The notes: generated from the letters alone by a model not told the origin. Counted from the stretch's first letter, positions 22,601-37,600 are shown. The stretch: DNA of 64,000 nt from Phoronis australis (GCA_002633005.1 NMRA01000179.1:366759-430758), one strand, 5' to 3'. Program-made: numbers and translations.

Positions 22601-25600
22601 ATGATGACACATCACATGCAAGCTCATCTCAACAACTTAGTACAGAGCTTTTCAAGGTGAAGGCCCTGGTGGACTGTAAAGCCCAATTAGACGAGGAACT
22701 CGGCTTCGTAGCTGGCGACATAATATGTGTAACAAAAGTACAGGACGATGGCTGGTACTATGGTCACTGTGGTGGTCAGCAGGGGATCTTCCTCCCAGAT
22801 CTTACTGAGCCCCTTGGCGGTGCCCCTAGTGCACTGACAGTGGACGCTGGTCAGTCCAGGGGTAAATTAGAATCCACCCAAAGCAGTGCATTTCAGGCCA
22901 AACCGCCAACAGATGTCTCTGTTCAAGATCAGAATGGTGTTGGATATAGGGAAAAGAGCAGCAGCTTCACTAAGGAGAACACACGCTCAAGTATGAACTC
23001 TGTCGAGGATGGAGTGACACCTTATGGAAGGACGTTGTATCCATTCACCGCTGAGGCGAGCAATGAACTCAGTTTTCGCGAGAACGAAATCGTGACGTTA
23101 CTGTGTCATGTTGACCCATGCTGGCTAGAAGGAGAAATTGATGGCAGGGTAGGGTTGCTGCCAGCTAACTATGTTGATATTATTGTTGATTGTGCTTGGA
23201 GCCAGGAACAAATGATTGAAAATTCCCTCGGGGTCATTTCCGCCGAGTCTTATGCAAAAGAGGGATCTCGTGAGAGCTCAACAGAAGCAAGTGTTTCCGT
23301 ATTGCCTGTGGTCAGTAGTGTTTCCCGTGATGATCATGTGGGACAAAGCAGTGCAGTTGATGAGGTGTATGCCTTAGTGCTGTACAACTATGAGCCAGTC
23401 AACGATGGTGAACTGCAGCTGTCGGAAGGCGACACGATAACAATACTCAGACAGGCAGATGAACACTGGTATGAGGCCCGTTTAGACTCGGGTCAGTTGG
23501 GCTACTGTCCGATCAGCTATGTGGAGGTAATCGGAGGTGGTCCATTGCCTCCGAGTTCCACTGCTAAAGTACATGATGATGTGGTTAGCAGTAATGTTGA
23601 AAATACAATTCAAACTGAGTCGCATGAAAAAATGCATAGTGCTAAGGATGTCGAGTTTAAGGTTTCAAGTACTGTTCATCAAAATGTAGAAGAAAAAGAT
23701 CACAGTACTTCAGATAGTCAGTCATCTGATGACTACGTTAGACAGAGACCTTCTTCGAGCATAATCACTAGTTCGCAAAAGCCGTTGCTCAGGCCGAAAC
23801 CCAATGTGAAGCCAAAGCCATTGCTCAGTAATGCTGCATCAAGAATGTCAGCCCCTGTGGGTCATCAAGAGAGGCTTTCTGTGGAACTAGATGACATGAT
23901 CAAAGCTGAGCTACATAAGGCTAATACAGAAGCTAACCAGAGGCTGAGGCCCTCTAGTGGGGAGATCACTGAAAACCCAACTAAAAGTGCAAAGGTGACA
24001 TCACAGGTAGGGTTTCACAGTATGTAACGAGTCAGTGGTCTGAATTGAAAGTGCTGGTTTATTTGTGCTAGACAAATCACCATTTTCTTAGTGTGTAACG
24101 TTGTTAAATACCATATACTTGAGATAAGAACCCCCCACTTATAATATGAGCCCCTTTTTACACAAGAATTCCATGATTATCTATTTTTTGATTCTGACGC
24201 AGTTATAGACCTCTCTGATCTTTGAGAGCCTGAATTTAGGCATTAGGTGAAATATTGAAACTCAAAAGGTGCGCGAAATATGAATCATCAATGGACAGGT
24301 TACGTAAGGTTGTCCTCAAATGGTTGGCCTCAGTCCATATCAGTTACACTGGTAGCAGCTAAATGTTATAATTGTTTGTGAGCATTTCAACAGGGTGTGT
24401 AGGACTCAGGTTTAAATCTAGCACAAGCTATAACTTTACTCCTCATGGGTCAATTTTGATGCTTCAAAAACAAAGTAATGTTAAGTTGTATTTATTGTAA
24501 ACAAACTATGTTTATTTGTTTACAATATATACAAATTCACCTTACATATTTAGGTAAAAAACTTTTTAGGTGTAGCCAGGCTAGGTTGATTTGTAACGAG
24601 CAACCAAACGTGGCAGAGAGGATCTCCACACTCAGAATGACATTTTCACAACAGAAATCTGGGTAAAGTTGAGATGTGCGCAAGATCAAAAAAATTTGAC
24701 CTGCTACATCCACTGATTGGGTTTTGAAATTCAGCATATTCTCCTAATGGAAAGCCAATAATATTGATTGTGGTTTAGAGTCAAAAGTCTCCAGATAACA
24801 GTTTTGTTGGTACAGGTTGGACAAGTGCAGCAGCTATCTGAACCTCTTTCTGACTACTCTGCTCTGAGAGAGGCCATCGACATGGACTCAGGGTTGGCAG
24901 CACCTAAGAGCCCCTCTCCCAAGAAGGGTCCCCCGCCTCGGCCTGTAGGACCACGTGCGACCGCTACCACACTCAAAGCGCCCTTAATACCTCTACCGAG
25001 GAACGTTCCGAAGCCAGTTCCACAACGTGTGGCTCCGTCTAGGCCACAGCAATCAACACCACCTCCACGACCAATGCAGTCCCCTGTCAAACCGACTTCC
25101 CCAACTGACAGGGGTATACCACCTCCTAGGCCAAGGCCCATCAGTCATCCAGTCCGACAGTCTTCCATTACAGGTACTTGTTGTAAAGAATGTCTGGTAT
25201 AATTAGACCACCTCTCGTCAATTTAGTTCTAGACATTGTTAAGGTCACGTAGGCCCCTATTAAAATGTCCAAATTTGGCGAACTTTGAAACATCATATCT
25301 CAAACATGACTTCATATGAAGCTTGCACATACTAGGCTTTGATGCATCCAGGAAGCTGGAAATTTATTGTTTTAAATTAAAAAGTGTTCCACTTTTGCAT
25401 GAGGAGCTATATAAAACAGGACTATTTTTGACGTGTAAAAATGTACATAGTTTATCAAATAAAGTTTTATCAAGACATGTTATTGATACTGTTGTTTTGC
25501 TATTAATGTACCTTTTTTGCTAAATTTTATGAAACGACATGGTCATGTGACCCAATTAATGACTGATTGGTAAAAAGTCAAAAATGAACTGATCTTACAG

Positions 25601-28600
25601 TCACGTTTTATTTTCAGGAAATATGTATTTTAAAAGGTTGAAATTATAATTCTGTAGGTATAAGGTTAATTGAGCAGACTTGTCAATGAAGTTCTACATA
25701 ATTTTGACATCATTTTTATAATGTGGGGATTCAGTTACTCAAAACTGATTTATTACCAACACCAGTTGATTTTTTGGTTTGATTTGACTAATGTGGCATC
25801 CCTGTTGGCCTTTTTAGTTTTCAACAAAATATTGGTTGTCTGTCAATTACTATATGTTGTGTTTACTGCAGCTAAGATACGTTGATGAATCTTTGTTATT
25901 TTGTGATCATTTTTGGAGGTCTATTTGGTCATGATTTTGCCTTGTTAAAATTGAATTTCCCAAATAACATTATCACTTCTTTCTGTTTCAGATCCTGGTT
26001 TAGCTGATAATGAGGAATTAATCGCTGACCTCAAACGAAGGAAAACTGAAAAGCAACACGATATCGAGGCATGTTTTCATATAATATGACATAATCTAGT
26101 TTCTCTAGTAAACAAGAGCGTTACTTCCAGAAAATATGATATGTTTGTTCATTTAAGGTTTCATTTTCATTGTCTGCAGTCTCTGAATGGTCGATTAGGG
26201 TGTACACTGTTTTATCAGCTCTGGGTAGTCATGTTTCTGTTGTCTCTATCTAGCAATTCTTGACTCATCGCAGCGTTCTGTACAGTGTTCCGCAGGACGA
26301 GACAACTTGGAGAATTTGTTCATTACAGAAATTGGGAATGTGTACTCTGATACTAAACATGTTTCAATTTAAGGTCACTGTCACATATCAGAGTTGTCAA
26401 AGGTATGGTGAACATAATGATGGGAAAAAATTGGGAAAATTAGCTATTATATCACATTTTCAAAACTCAATATACTGTACAGTTTGATTGCAACATACTT
26501 GTTGAAATTTCGTTTACAATAACCATTTAAGATTAATGATACATTGTAAATCATTCAAGTATAGCTTCAGTAAAATTTGATTGAATTTATGATTTTACTT
26601 CAGAATTGCAAGAAAGCTGAACAAGAGTTGAGGATTATGCTGGCCAACCCTTCTACAACTGAGGTTGAACGTGTGGAGATTGAGGAGAATATTGAGTTCT
26701 ATGAGGCTAACATCAATGGACTCACTAATGAACTGAAACACATGAATGGTAAACGTGAATTTTCAATCGTGCAACTTGTATTTTGTAGTAATGAACTCAA
26801 GCAATTGAATTGTAACTATGGCAAGAAACTTTTCATGTGTGTTGGCAGAGTCTGGCTGAGTTCTGTTGAAGTCTGTCTACTTTATTTTGAAAACTATACG
26901 TCAGTATTTCTGATGATTGGACTTCCTTTGGATGTCAATAATTGGCATTTACATTTTCGGTAAATTAGCATTTTTATTATAATTCCATTGTCATAAAAAT
27001 TTCATCCTCACGTGTCATGGATTCAAACCACAACAGGTGTGAGTCCAGTTCTTTTACTACTCAACCACTGAGCATTCAAGATGACAATATTCAATGTGTA
27101 GTCAATGTCTCATTTTACCAACACAGTCTTTTGTTTCTGTTGTAGACGAATTGCGCCATCTGCAGCCAGGCTACAGAGACACGGTGGAGGAACGTCTGCG
27201 TGAGGAAGCTATACAGAAACAGATGCAGCAGGAACTGGTCAAGAAACACATGGACACCAGGGAACGGGTCATTGCTGAATTACTGACCACAGAACAACAC
27301 TACCTGCGTGACATGCAGATGTGTTGGGACAGTTTCAAAGGAGACAGGGCTCTACAGGTAATAAATCACAGGTGACTGGTAACCAAGGATTGTTTAATGA
27401 ATTGAATGATTGACCATTCGTCTCAATCTCTTTTCTGTATTTGCTGTCTACATTCGCAAGCTTCACTATTTATTTTATTTTTCATTGTAAACAGTGTCCA
27501 TGAAGCTGCATTACCATGTAGATAGGAATATCTCATTTTCTGTTACCAAAATGAACATACAAAGAAACACAGTAGAAAAAACTGTCAATTTTACTGGGGT
27601 TGGCCAACCCTGAAATTCGAAAATGACGCGCAGGGGACTTTCATTAATTTGAAAGCGAGCCAGTCATATTACTCAACACAGTGACCATTTCCGCTGAGTA
27701 CATATTCACAGATCTTCAGTTAAGAGCTCAAAAGTTACAGCCAAACAGGGCGGAATGCAGCTTTAAATGAATCTAATTTGCAGTCAATTATGTTTTAGTT
27801 ATAGCACATTTGTCTTGACATGACCATACAATATCCATGTTGTGTCCATGTGACAACCCAAAAGGTTATCGTATGTCCTGGAATGAAATTAGAGTTGACA
27901 AAGAAATGTGGGTTAAAAATTAATCTTTTTAGTCAGAGTAGATATTTCAAACTACATGTCTTTGTTTTAAATTTTAGTTGGTTGCCTTGCTAAGCTAGTA
28001 CTTTGCTCAGCGCTGCAAGCTCAGTTAATCACTTCAACCATATAAAATCGATATGTAGTTTATTTTATTCACTTTAGCTTTCTTGTCTTGTCTGGTACAG
28101 TGACTTAGCCAATTCTCTGTTTAAGTGTCAAAATTTGTCTAGTAATTGGTCAATTTTGTACTGTAACATTATTTTCTTTTTCATCATATTTGTTTTAAAA
28201 CTTTGTTGAAACTAGATGACAGTGCTGTTGCCTTTTGAGTTTTTTTATTTTGAATTACAAAATTAATATGTGTTGACCTTGCACTGTTTATCTCATGACA
28301 ATTGCTTCTCTGGTTGTTATTCAGAATCCTGATGGCACAGACACTGAGACTCTTTTTGGCAATATGAACGAGGTGTGCGAGGTGTCTCAGAAGCTGTTGA
28401 CCAGTCTAGAGTCAGCTGTGAATGGAAAGGATTTTAACAACCAAGTAATAGGTGGGTACCAGTTAGGATATGCCACGATTATTGTTCTGGCGCAGTGTCA
28501 GCGAACAATCGAGAGAAACACAGGTGATTCTACGTACAGCCTAATTCTTTTATTCGAGTGCCGTCAGTACATAGACAAACCCGTAAACTGAAATAAACAA

Positions 28601-31600
28601 AACCCCGAGTCACTACTACGAAATATAATACAAGCGCAGGCATTGACAATATATACAAAAACCGTTATTTACATCAACGAAGAAAATGTACAAGTAACGA
28701 AATGGCTACATCAGATAAACTGAATCTTATATGAAAATACTATATACAAAAACGAACCTAATTCATACACAATTCTGCCGTGAGACCGTGACGCAAACTA
28801 GATATCAAGTCACGCTAAAGTTACAATAATATGAGCTAGAAACAGACCGGTTTGTGAATTGCAATCTCAAGGTCGCAGCGAACAACGCCCAAACCCTCGA
28901 CACGAACCACAAAGGACGAAATACGGGGAAGTAAATAAAGCGAAATTACTGAAACTACGCGGGACACGAGAGAATGCATTGCACAAACCAGAAATAACGA
29001 TAAGCAAAAGAACAACACTTACATCATGAAAACCCTGCAATCTCTACGACGAAACCAATGACATGCATACACTGCACACAGATAGATACGAAATATGAAA
29101 TACGAATGAATGGAACTGGCGGGTAGAACGCTTTTAAATGTCAGTACCACGTGACAAGTTCCCAATCTGGGGGGTAATTGAAAATGAGTACAACAGGAAA
29201 CAATACTTAATATACACAGGCAATATGAATGATTGCGTCTGCAGTAACAATTATTGTCATTTGTAACATTGTTGAAGCTTTGATGAAGAGGAAATAATGG
29301 CTTGATAATATCAATGAGTTATGCAATGATTCAAAAGACTTCAATGACAATTAATGTTATATAAATTAGGTACTACACACAAGTTATACCATAAATAAAT
29401 GACATCTATTTATTGCTACAGTGGCCAGGGGATATACTAATACACAAGACAGTTATCCTAAATGTATATCATCAGTCCCTGTGTTAATATTTTAAGTGTC
29501 TATGTACGAGCTGCCCCATAATCATAACAATACATAACACTTCAATAAACTGGAAACCTAGTACATGAAATGTTACGTATCAGACTGTAAAACATCAACT
29601 AGTAAGTAACAGGTGGATACACTATTAATGCCAGTTTTACCATTTCGATATGAGATACCAAGAACCAGACATATTAGATGACCTTTCCACTTGAATTATG
29701 GTGATGACAGCAGTTTGATGCAACTGTCCTGAAATTTACTGACTAGAATGTGCATGTCTACAGCTGTTTTGTACTAACTGCATCACAAATCTAACGTGCC
29801 GTGTAGTGATTTTTTATACTTTAGCACAGGGCGCGGCAGAAAATTGGGGTGTATACCGTAAATGCAAGACAATCATGACACTTAATGTGTTGTGAAGTCT
29901 TGGTGTATTGAATGGAAATCATGAATCTCACCGACATCTCTTTTAATTGGCGGCCATTTTGCTACACATGTGTGCGAGTAAGATCCCAAAGTTACTCGCG
30001 AAGACTTTTATTTGTCCCATTTTATCGAGTGTATTCTTGCTCTTGGAGAACATTGCCGTGCAGATATCAGCTCTGGATAAATGGTCAATGATCATTAAAA
30101 AGGATTTCACTACTTGTTGCTTGAATGTATGGTTTATTATTGAACAAACTCAAAACATTTATTCTCAGCCACTTATTAAATGGATGTAGTCAATGTGATA
30201 ATTGGTAATTTTGGTAGTCTGTTGTGAGAAAATTATGATTCCAGTGTGAGAGAATGTGGATTTGGTGGACTTTTTCTTGCTAAATAATTCAAGGTTCCTG
30301 TTAACTATTCCATTTCCACAGTGTGCATTCCAGTACACAACCTATGACTGTGTGTTGAACCATTGTCCCTGCATTTCTAGGAGCATGCTTCATAGCCCAT
30401 ACTGAGCAGATGAAAAAAACTTATGCTGTTTACTGCCGTAACCACGACGATGTGCTGGCACTTTTAGAAAAGGTAGGTGTCTAATGTAGAATGAATGTTG
30501 CCATCTCTTTGTTTAATCTTTCAAAACTTAACACTGGTAAGAGGATAATTTTTGAATGTTACGTGTAATACAGACTATTGTACATCTAGGTTTTCCATTA
30601 GGGTCTAAATTAAATCTTAAGTTTGAAATGTTCCCTTTCAGAAAGCGCCTCTATACAAGTCATGTATGTGTGCTAGTATAATGCATTTTACAAATTAAAT
30701 AAATTTAGTTTCTATTTTTTGTAACAAAATATTTTATGTACAGTGTTGCCATTGATATTGGTTGACTGTACACATCTGTGTTTCTGTCCATCTGATGATG
30801 TTATCATTCATCTTGTAGAAATAGTTGATTCATCCACATACCCCGTCTCAGAGTGTGAGGATAGGGAGAGGACATAAAAGTAGTTTAGAGACAGCCTTAA
30901 ATAATTTGGCAGTAAAAATGGAAAGCTCCAAAACTAAATCTTGTCATTTCTCTCACCCGTAGTATGATGACTATGCAGACATTCAGGATTACTTCAACAA
31001 AGGTCTGCAGTCCTTGAGACAACAGTCTACAGTATTTGATCTCGGCTCTGTTCTGATCAAGCCCGTGCAGCGGATACTGAAGTACCCTCTATTGTTGAAC
31101 GAGCTACTGAAGGTAAAAACTAGGGTATTATATAGGAATTATGTGCAGATTTGAATGATGACTTTCTCAGTGACGTGAACAGACATGTTACTAGCTTTTT
31201 GCCTCTGCCTCTTCACCGTCTTGGCTTTCCTTAGTTGTTTGTACAAGCAATATGATCGTAATCAATTAGATAAAAGTTGCAGGCTGTAATTGTTTATTAT
31301 TAATAAGTAAGTAGTATATTATGGTCAAAGCTCTGCTACAGCAAAATTCTATTTTGATCTTTTAATCAGAATAATTTGGTAGCAGCCCCTCCTGTGGACA
31401 AAATTCATTGAACACAAAACAATGTTGAGGCTCAATAATTTTCAACAATACTTGCTCAAGCTCTCTGTATCTCTGATGGTTGTTTGCAGCTCAACCATGA
31501 AACAAATGGTTAAGAGACAAGAAAACTAATGATAAAAATGACACTATGTTAACTTTCAAGATTGCTCTTGTATCATCATCAAGACTAAAAATAAAATGAC

Positions 31601-34600
31601 ATAAGGTTACAAGAGTGTGTGAACAGAGTTATGACCCACTCCAGTGCAAGCCTTTAGCAGTGCCAAATAAATACATATTGGCAAAATGTGTATACATGTA
31701 GCTCATAATGTGTTATATGTCCACTTCTGCTCTTTTGCTGTATAAAGTATTCGTGCTGTTTGCTTTCTCAGTCCACAGAAGAAGGCCACCCTGACAAGCA
31801 GCCTCTAGTGACGGCCATAGGTGCAATGACAGATGTGGCCACTGCCATCAACGAATACAAGAGGAGAAAGGACTTGGGTAATAATGATTATTGTAATGAT
31901 CATGATGTCTAATGATTGTAAGTTATACAATAACTGTGTGTTGTTTATGTATTCCGAACGCGGGTACTGTTTCTTGTTATAGTGAAGCACCAGTCACCGG
32001 TTCTCATTATCACCTGAAAGGTGTATGAGGTCTTTCCACTATATATTCAAACCATGCATGTCAGTTTCCAGTTGGATGTTATCTCGTGAAAAACTTAAAA
32101 ATTTCTGAATGGGACTAGTGAAACAACATTCTGCCCTGTATAGTGTGTTCAGGGCACATGGAACTGTTGTCCTACAAATGTTGTTATGCTGCTGAACACA
32201 TCAAATTTTCATTTCAAACTGTTCAGGTCATAAAATATGTAATGTCTCTTAGTTTGTGAATTAGTGCTATTTACATTGAAGTCTTTCCAATTGAAGACAT
32301 CATATGGCGGAACATTGAACTTATTAATTTTTTTCATAACAATAAGTAGCTCCAAATAGAAGTTTTTGTTATTTTTAAGTTCTCAACAAACTGTTGGTAC
32401 AAGCAGACAATGTTTTTTTTGAGAATTTGTTGGTATTCACAGCAATGTTAGAAGATGAAAATAGGTCATTTTTGCAATTTTTTTTAAATTGAAAAGATTT
32501 TACCGTACTGATTAGAATGTGTTCACCATTGCTTTCTTCAGCTTACAAGTACAGGAAGGTGAAGGAGGAGCGTGTGTCAGACAAGATGTCAAAGCTCACA
32601 CTGCACTCCATCAAGAAGAAGTCAAACAGGTTCAGCATGAGATTATCCACCAACTTGGGAATGGGTCAGCAGGTAATGCCACTCCTGATTTGGAATATGT
32701 TGATTGTAGCGTGAACATCCTGAGCCTAGGGTCCGCGGTCTAGGTTTGTGTAATCAAACTCAAATTTAGTTTTGGTTCTTCCGTTTTAATTTTGTGTGAA
32801 CTCAGGATAAGTTGTCTGTTCCGTGCTTGAGTTTGTTATGGTTTACGTGGATGACCTTTTCATCCTAGGTTGCATGTGATCACCTCAGCATGAAAGCTTA
32901 AGTCTGAGTGCAAAATCTAAAATTGTTACTCAAAATCTTACTTGAATTTTTAGTTTTAGTCATCAAGAAAGTGTAAAACTTGGACTAGAAATTCAGCTTA
33001 AGTTTGTAAGTCATAATGTACTCTCGCGAAGAATAATAAACACTACACTGAGTTCACACAGAAATAAAATGAAAAATGTCGGACGCTTTCTTATTGTTCT
33101 CGGCGAATAAAATGACAGGCGGCGACAAGCCGACTTCTAGAGCCAGGTCTCCAGTATTATAATGACAGGCGACGTAAGTTACCAGTGTGCTGTAAGTCAC
33201 AAAATCCCATGTTCAGTATTGAATCCTGGACCAATATAGCTCAATTAACCAATCACAAACAGTCTTTCATGAATACTTGGGAACTTATGCTTGTCTACAA
33301 GCAACCCAACCTAACCAGACCTTTTTAAATTTTCTGATCGGCTATTATTTTTTAATTGAGTTTGACCTAAGTCAATGCAAGACAGATGGAGGATTCCAGC
33401 ATTAGCCAGCCAGCCTGGAATGTTGATACTGGATAAACATCTGGTTAGTAGGACTAGGGTAAATTGAGCTATCTGCTCACTTTCCAATTTCAGGTCAAAA
33501 GCTATGAACATTAAGGTGGCTAATGTAGTTTTACAAATCACAACAGTCTTAATTGGATGTCGTCTTAATCTTAATTTTAGACGAGGGATGAACAGTTTGA
33601 CCGAGAAGAAATGAAGTTCCATGACCTTGAGAGAGCTGTCAAATCATTCCTGAGAGATGTGGGCCTTTACTGTGAACAACTACAGGTAATACCATCTATT
33701 GGACAATCTGGGCTCTGTACAAGTTAGGTTACAGACATTTGATCAACAGGCAACCAAAAGTTGCTGGATATATTAGGGGTTGTTCAGCTAAGAAGCTTAA
33801 TGCGGAGTACTGTATTTGCACACTGAACGCACACCTGGCTTATTTCACTTGACAGGATGCTGCGGTTGGTTATGAGACTATCTCCGACGACTTGGGTGAC
33901 TTCTACGACCAGGACTACAGCACACCAGAAGTACAGAAATATCAGGAGACTCAGAGGCAGTTGACGCATGAGTTATTCGATCAGTTTGTAAGTCACGTGA
34001 CACGTCTTGATCACATGATTATCTATTGTGGTGTTCAAAATGGTTTAACAAACCCAGCATAGTATGTTCTCACCAAAGAATGCTGTGATGTAAAGTGTGA
34101 GTAACAGTCATTGGCATCTGCCCCAGAATTTTGGTGGAAACTGAGAAAATTTTTAGTAAACTACAGCAGTGATTACAGCTTTCATTTCTGATGACAGTCA
34201 ATCAGATGCTTTGAAATTGAGGTTGTCAGTTTGCTTTCAACTTCATTTTCCATGTCTCACAAGCTCTTGGATTTGGTCAGACATGGTCTATACAGCTCAG
34301 TCCTGTACTAGTATTCATTTTATGATTAAAACCTGTTGTTGCTTGAGTTACATTAAACACATGGTTAAACTTTTGCTAATGTCTGCGTTTCTGTTTCAGA
34401 AATCCTTCACAGAGGAGCGGGTTATCTCGCCTCTCAACAAACTGATTCTCTTGTTCCAAGGGCCGAACAACGTGATCGAAAAGCGCAATGACAAACTGCT
34501 GGACTACGACAGTTGCAGTCTCAAGGCGGAAAAGGTCAAGGACATTAATCGTGTCAAAGCTGTAAGTGAACACGGAATATTAGCAGTACTGTCCCTTTCT

Positions 34601-37600
34601 TAAAAACCAATAAACCAGAGCCCTCTGCCTAAAATTAGCTTTGCTTTAGCCATATGTTGTTACAAAATAGGACTTATCTTGTTCCTTCCTCGGATTAGAA
34701 ATGGTTTTTGGCCTTAAGAAGACCTGACTGGTCATAATTAATAATACTTCAGACTATTCCCATTAGGTTACTTGCCGCTACAGGTCAGTTTCAGTGTGTA
34801 TTTTGAAAACTGCTTTAGGCTTTTAAATTTTATTCGAGTACTGCATTCTATGGTAAATACTGCAGATTTGTTCTTTAACGGTGTCCACCTTTACCATTCA
34901 AGGCCCAGGACGAACTTTTGAAGGCCAAGAACAACTACGAGGCGATGAACGCTCAGCTGTTGGATGAACTTCCTCGCCTGTATGAGATTGCATCCACTGT
35001 GTTCCGTCAGTGTGTTTCCAACTACCTGCAGGCATACAAGAACTTCCTGGGCAAAGCTTTGCACAACATGTACCCTTTACTCGAGGTAGGAATCGATACG
35101 TTTTATTGTACTTGAGAAATGACAAAGGCAAGTTACGGAGGGAGGGTAAAAGAAACATCGGGCATGTTTCATCATAAAGTGACTTAAGACTTAAGACTGC
35201 TTCCATATCACCGTCAATTGCCTAGTGAAGGCTGAGACAAGTTATTATGAGCAACTAAACCTAGAAATAATTTCAGGGCTTGGAATTTTCCGCGGAAACG
35301 CAGATTTCCGCTTTTTTCAAATGTGCTTTCCGCTTTTTTATAATATTTCCGCGTAAAAAAATCGGATTTGATATAAAATTTCCGCGGCAAATTCCTTTCT
35401 TACCGCGGCGTTGCAGACGACGTTCCCCTCGAAAAGCGGAAGTTGCTCTTTATGTTTCGGAGGAACGTAAATTGTCAACATTGCCGGGGCATCTGGGACA
35501 GCGTGGTGGGATTTTCAATGGCGTCTCGTGTTATTGTTAAGCGCGGCGACAAATACTACCGCCCTGCAGCCAAAAATGTGTGGGTTGGGAGTGGACGGGC
35601 GAGCTAAAAGGATACAGACGCATGCTACTGATGGTGGTAACTTTTTTTGTTTTTTTTTTAGTCCTCCCGATTTTTGTCGGGGAAAGGTTCACATTGACCA
35701 TTTCAAGGCTGGTTATCGGGCATGATTTGGGCCGTAAAAGTTTCTAAGTTTCCGCGTTTTTTTTTCATTGGTCATTACAAGCCCTGTAATTTACAGAAAT
35801 TTTCTCAGTAACTAACAGTTCATGTCTCTGTTTTCTGAAACTTTTTTGCTCACAAAAGAAATTTTAATATTCAAAAATAGTTGTACAGAGCACAAGACCA
35901 AACTTGTGACTTAGTCTTCCATCATTTTTATGGCTCACTTGGGTCTTTTATGTCAGTCCAAACAAAAGTACATGAAAATATAATTTTTGATACATACTCA
36001 GATGAGATGTCCACACTGCTGTTGATAGCAATAGGTATAACACTAATACTCTGCATTTCATCCTGGTTTGCTGGCTAAAAAATTGAATTGGGTATTTTGC
36101 TTTGTCATTAATTCGGTCATGTAATTTTCCTATAACCAAAAAGAACATCAAAACCATCAGCAGCTGAAAATGAAACTTCAGACTGAGTTTAATGGGGTAG
36201 GTCAAGTCTAAAATTTATTGCAGATTGATTTCAAAATGGCACATGTACACATTGTCTGATTATAGTCGCTGGCTCATTGAGAGGCAGTTACAGATGAGAT
36301 GTGCATAGCAATATTTTTAATCCCTTAAGCACTTTGGTTAAGAATTCGACATTGACGACTAACTATGGCAAAATGCGGCTTTAAGCAAATGGGCTCACCC
36401 TAATTTTGCGAATGATGATTGTGCATATCATTGAGGAGTTACAATGCTCACTCATTTTTGTGTATAAAATTGATTTTCTTGATAGTTACCTGGCTCAAAG
36501 TAAACTAGTACAAAAATGGGTGGAACCATTCCTGCCACCTACTTTGAGACTAGATGAGAAAGTCTCACTGGAAAAAATGTTGCCTTCTGTAAATTAATAA
36601 AAAACAAAATGTTTAATATCAAAAAGTATGCATGGTCTGAGAAACACAGGGAAATTCCTGAACAGAAAGATATGTCCCCATCGCCTTGTCGCATTCCCAA
36701 CATTATTGAAAGAGAAAGCATGCGTGATGCTGCGGAATTAAACTGTTGGTGTACTTAAATTTGTTTTCTAGATTCCTTCATTGGCCTCCTCCAGGGACCC
36801 TCTCCTGGAGACCTTTAGCCAGGAACACAGTGAGGCCTGTGACCAGCTAGCCACACTCAGCTTCATTCCCAAGGGGTTCAGTTCTAAGGCGCGAACTGAA
36901 GGAAGGGGCCGTCCTTCCCTAGAGCCAGCTAAACAGCCTGTGATGGTGAGGTTTAGGGATACCGATGATTATATAGTACTTTCTCCAGTGTATAATTCCA
37001 TGGTTTGAAACTCTAACTCTAAAGTTCTTCAGTTTCTGCGAGTGATAAGTGGCTGAATATACTCCCATGGTTATCAATGGAAGCCATTACTGAAGCTTGG
37101 GTGGAACATTTCAGATAAAACTTGTTTCAATAATTCACATTTTTTGCAGACTAGCTTAATTATTATCTCTGTTTTTGCCCAAAGAGTATTTTCAGCATGG
37201 CTTTTATACAGAAATCTGCGGTACTGTATCCCTTTCAGAGGTTGATGTATACAAATGACCTATTGTCTTGCATTATTCTGTGCACATTAGAGCCGTCTGA
37301 ATTTGTCGTGAGATGTCCTGTGCTGCTGTGCATTTAACCACTGGCAGGTATTGGCTGCACAGCAGTGAACAGTCATTTTTCAAGAATGGTGGACACATTT
37401 GGCCGAAATACATATAGTCTGTGTCAAAGCTATAATGAAAATCGAGAATCAGTCTAGAAATATCTGTAAATCATTTCAAAATTACTCTAAAATTTTCTGT
37501 TTCAAAATTTCGCTGCTTTTTGTTAAGGAACTACAGAATGTACACTAAACCTAACTTCATTGAGCCAATGGCATTTTCTGTTGGTGCTAAATATACTCCT

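Noticed and set aside
24854-25141. Gly-rich 95-aa minus-strand ORF
   Set aside because: It is the antisense shadow of the Pro-rich DNMBP exon 24816-25173.
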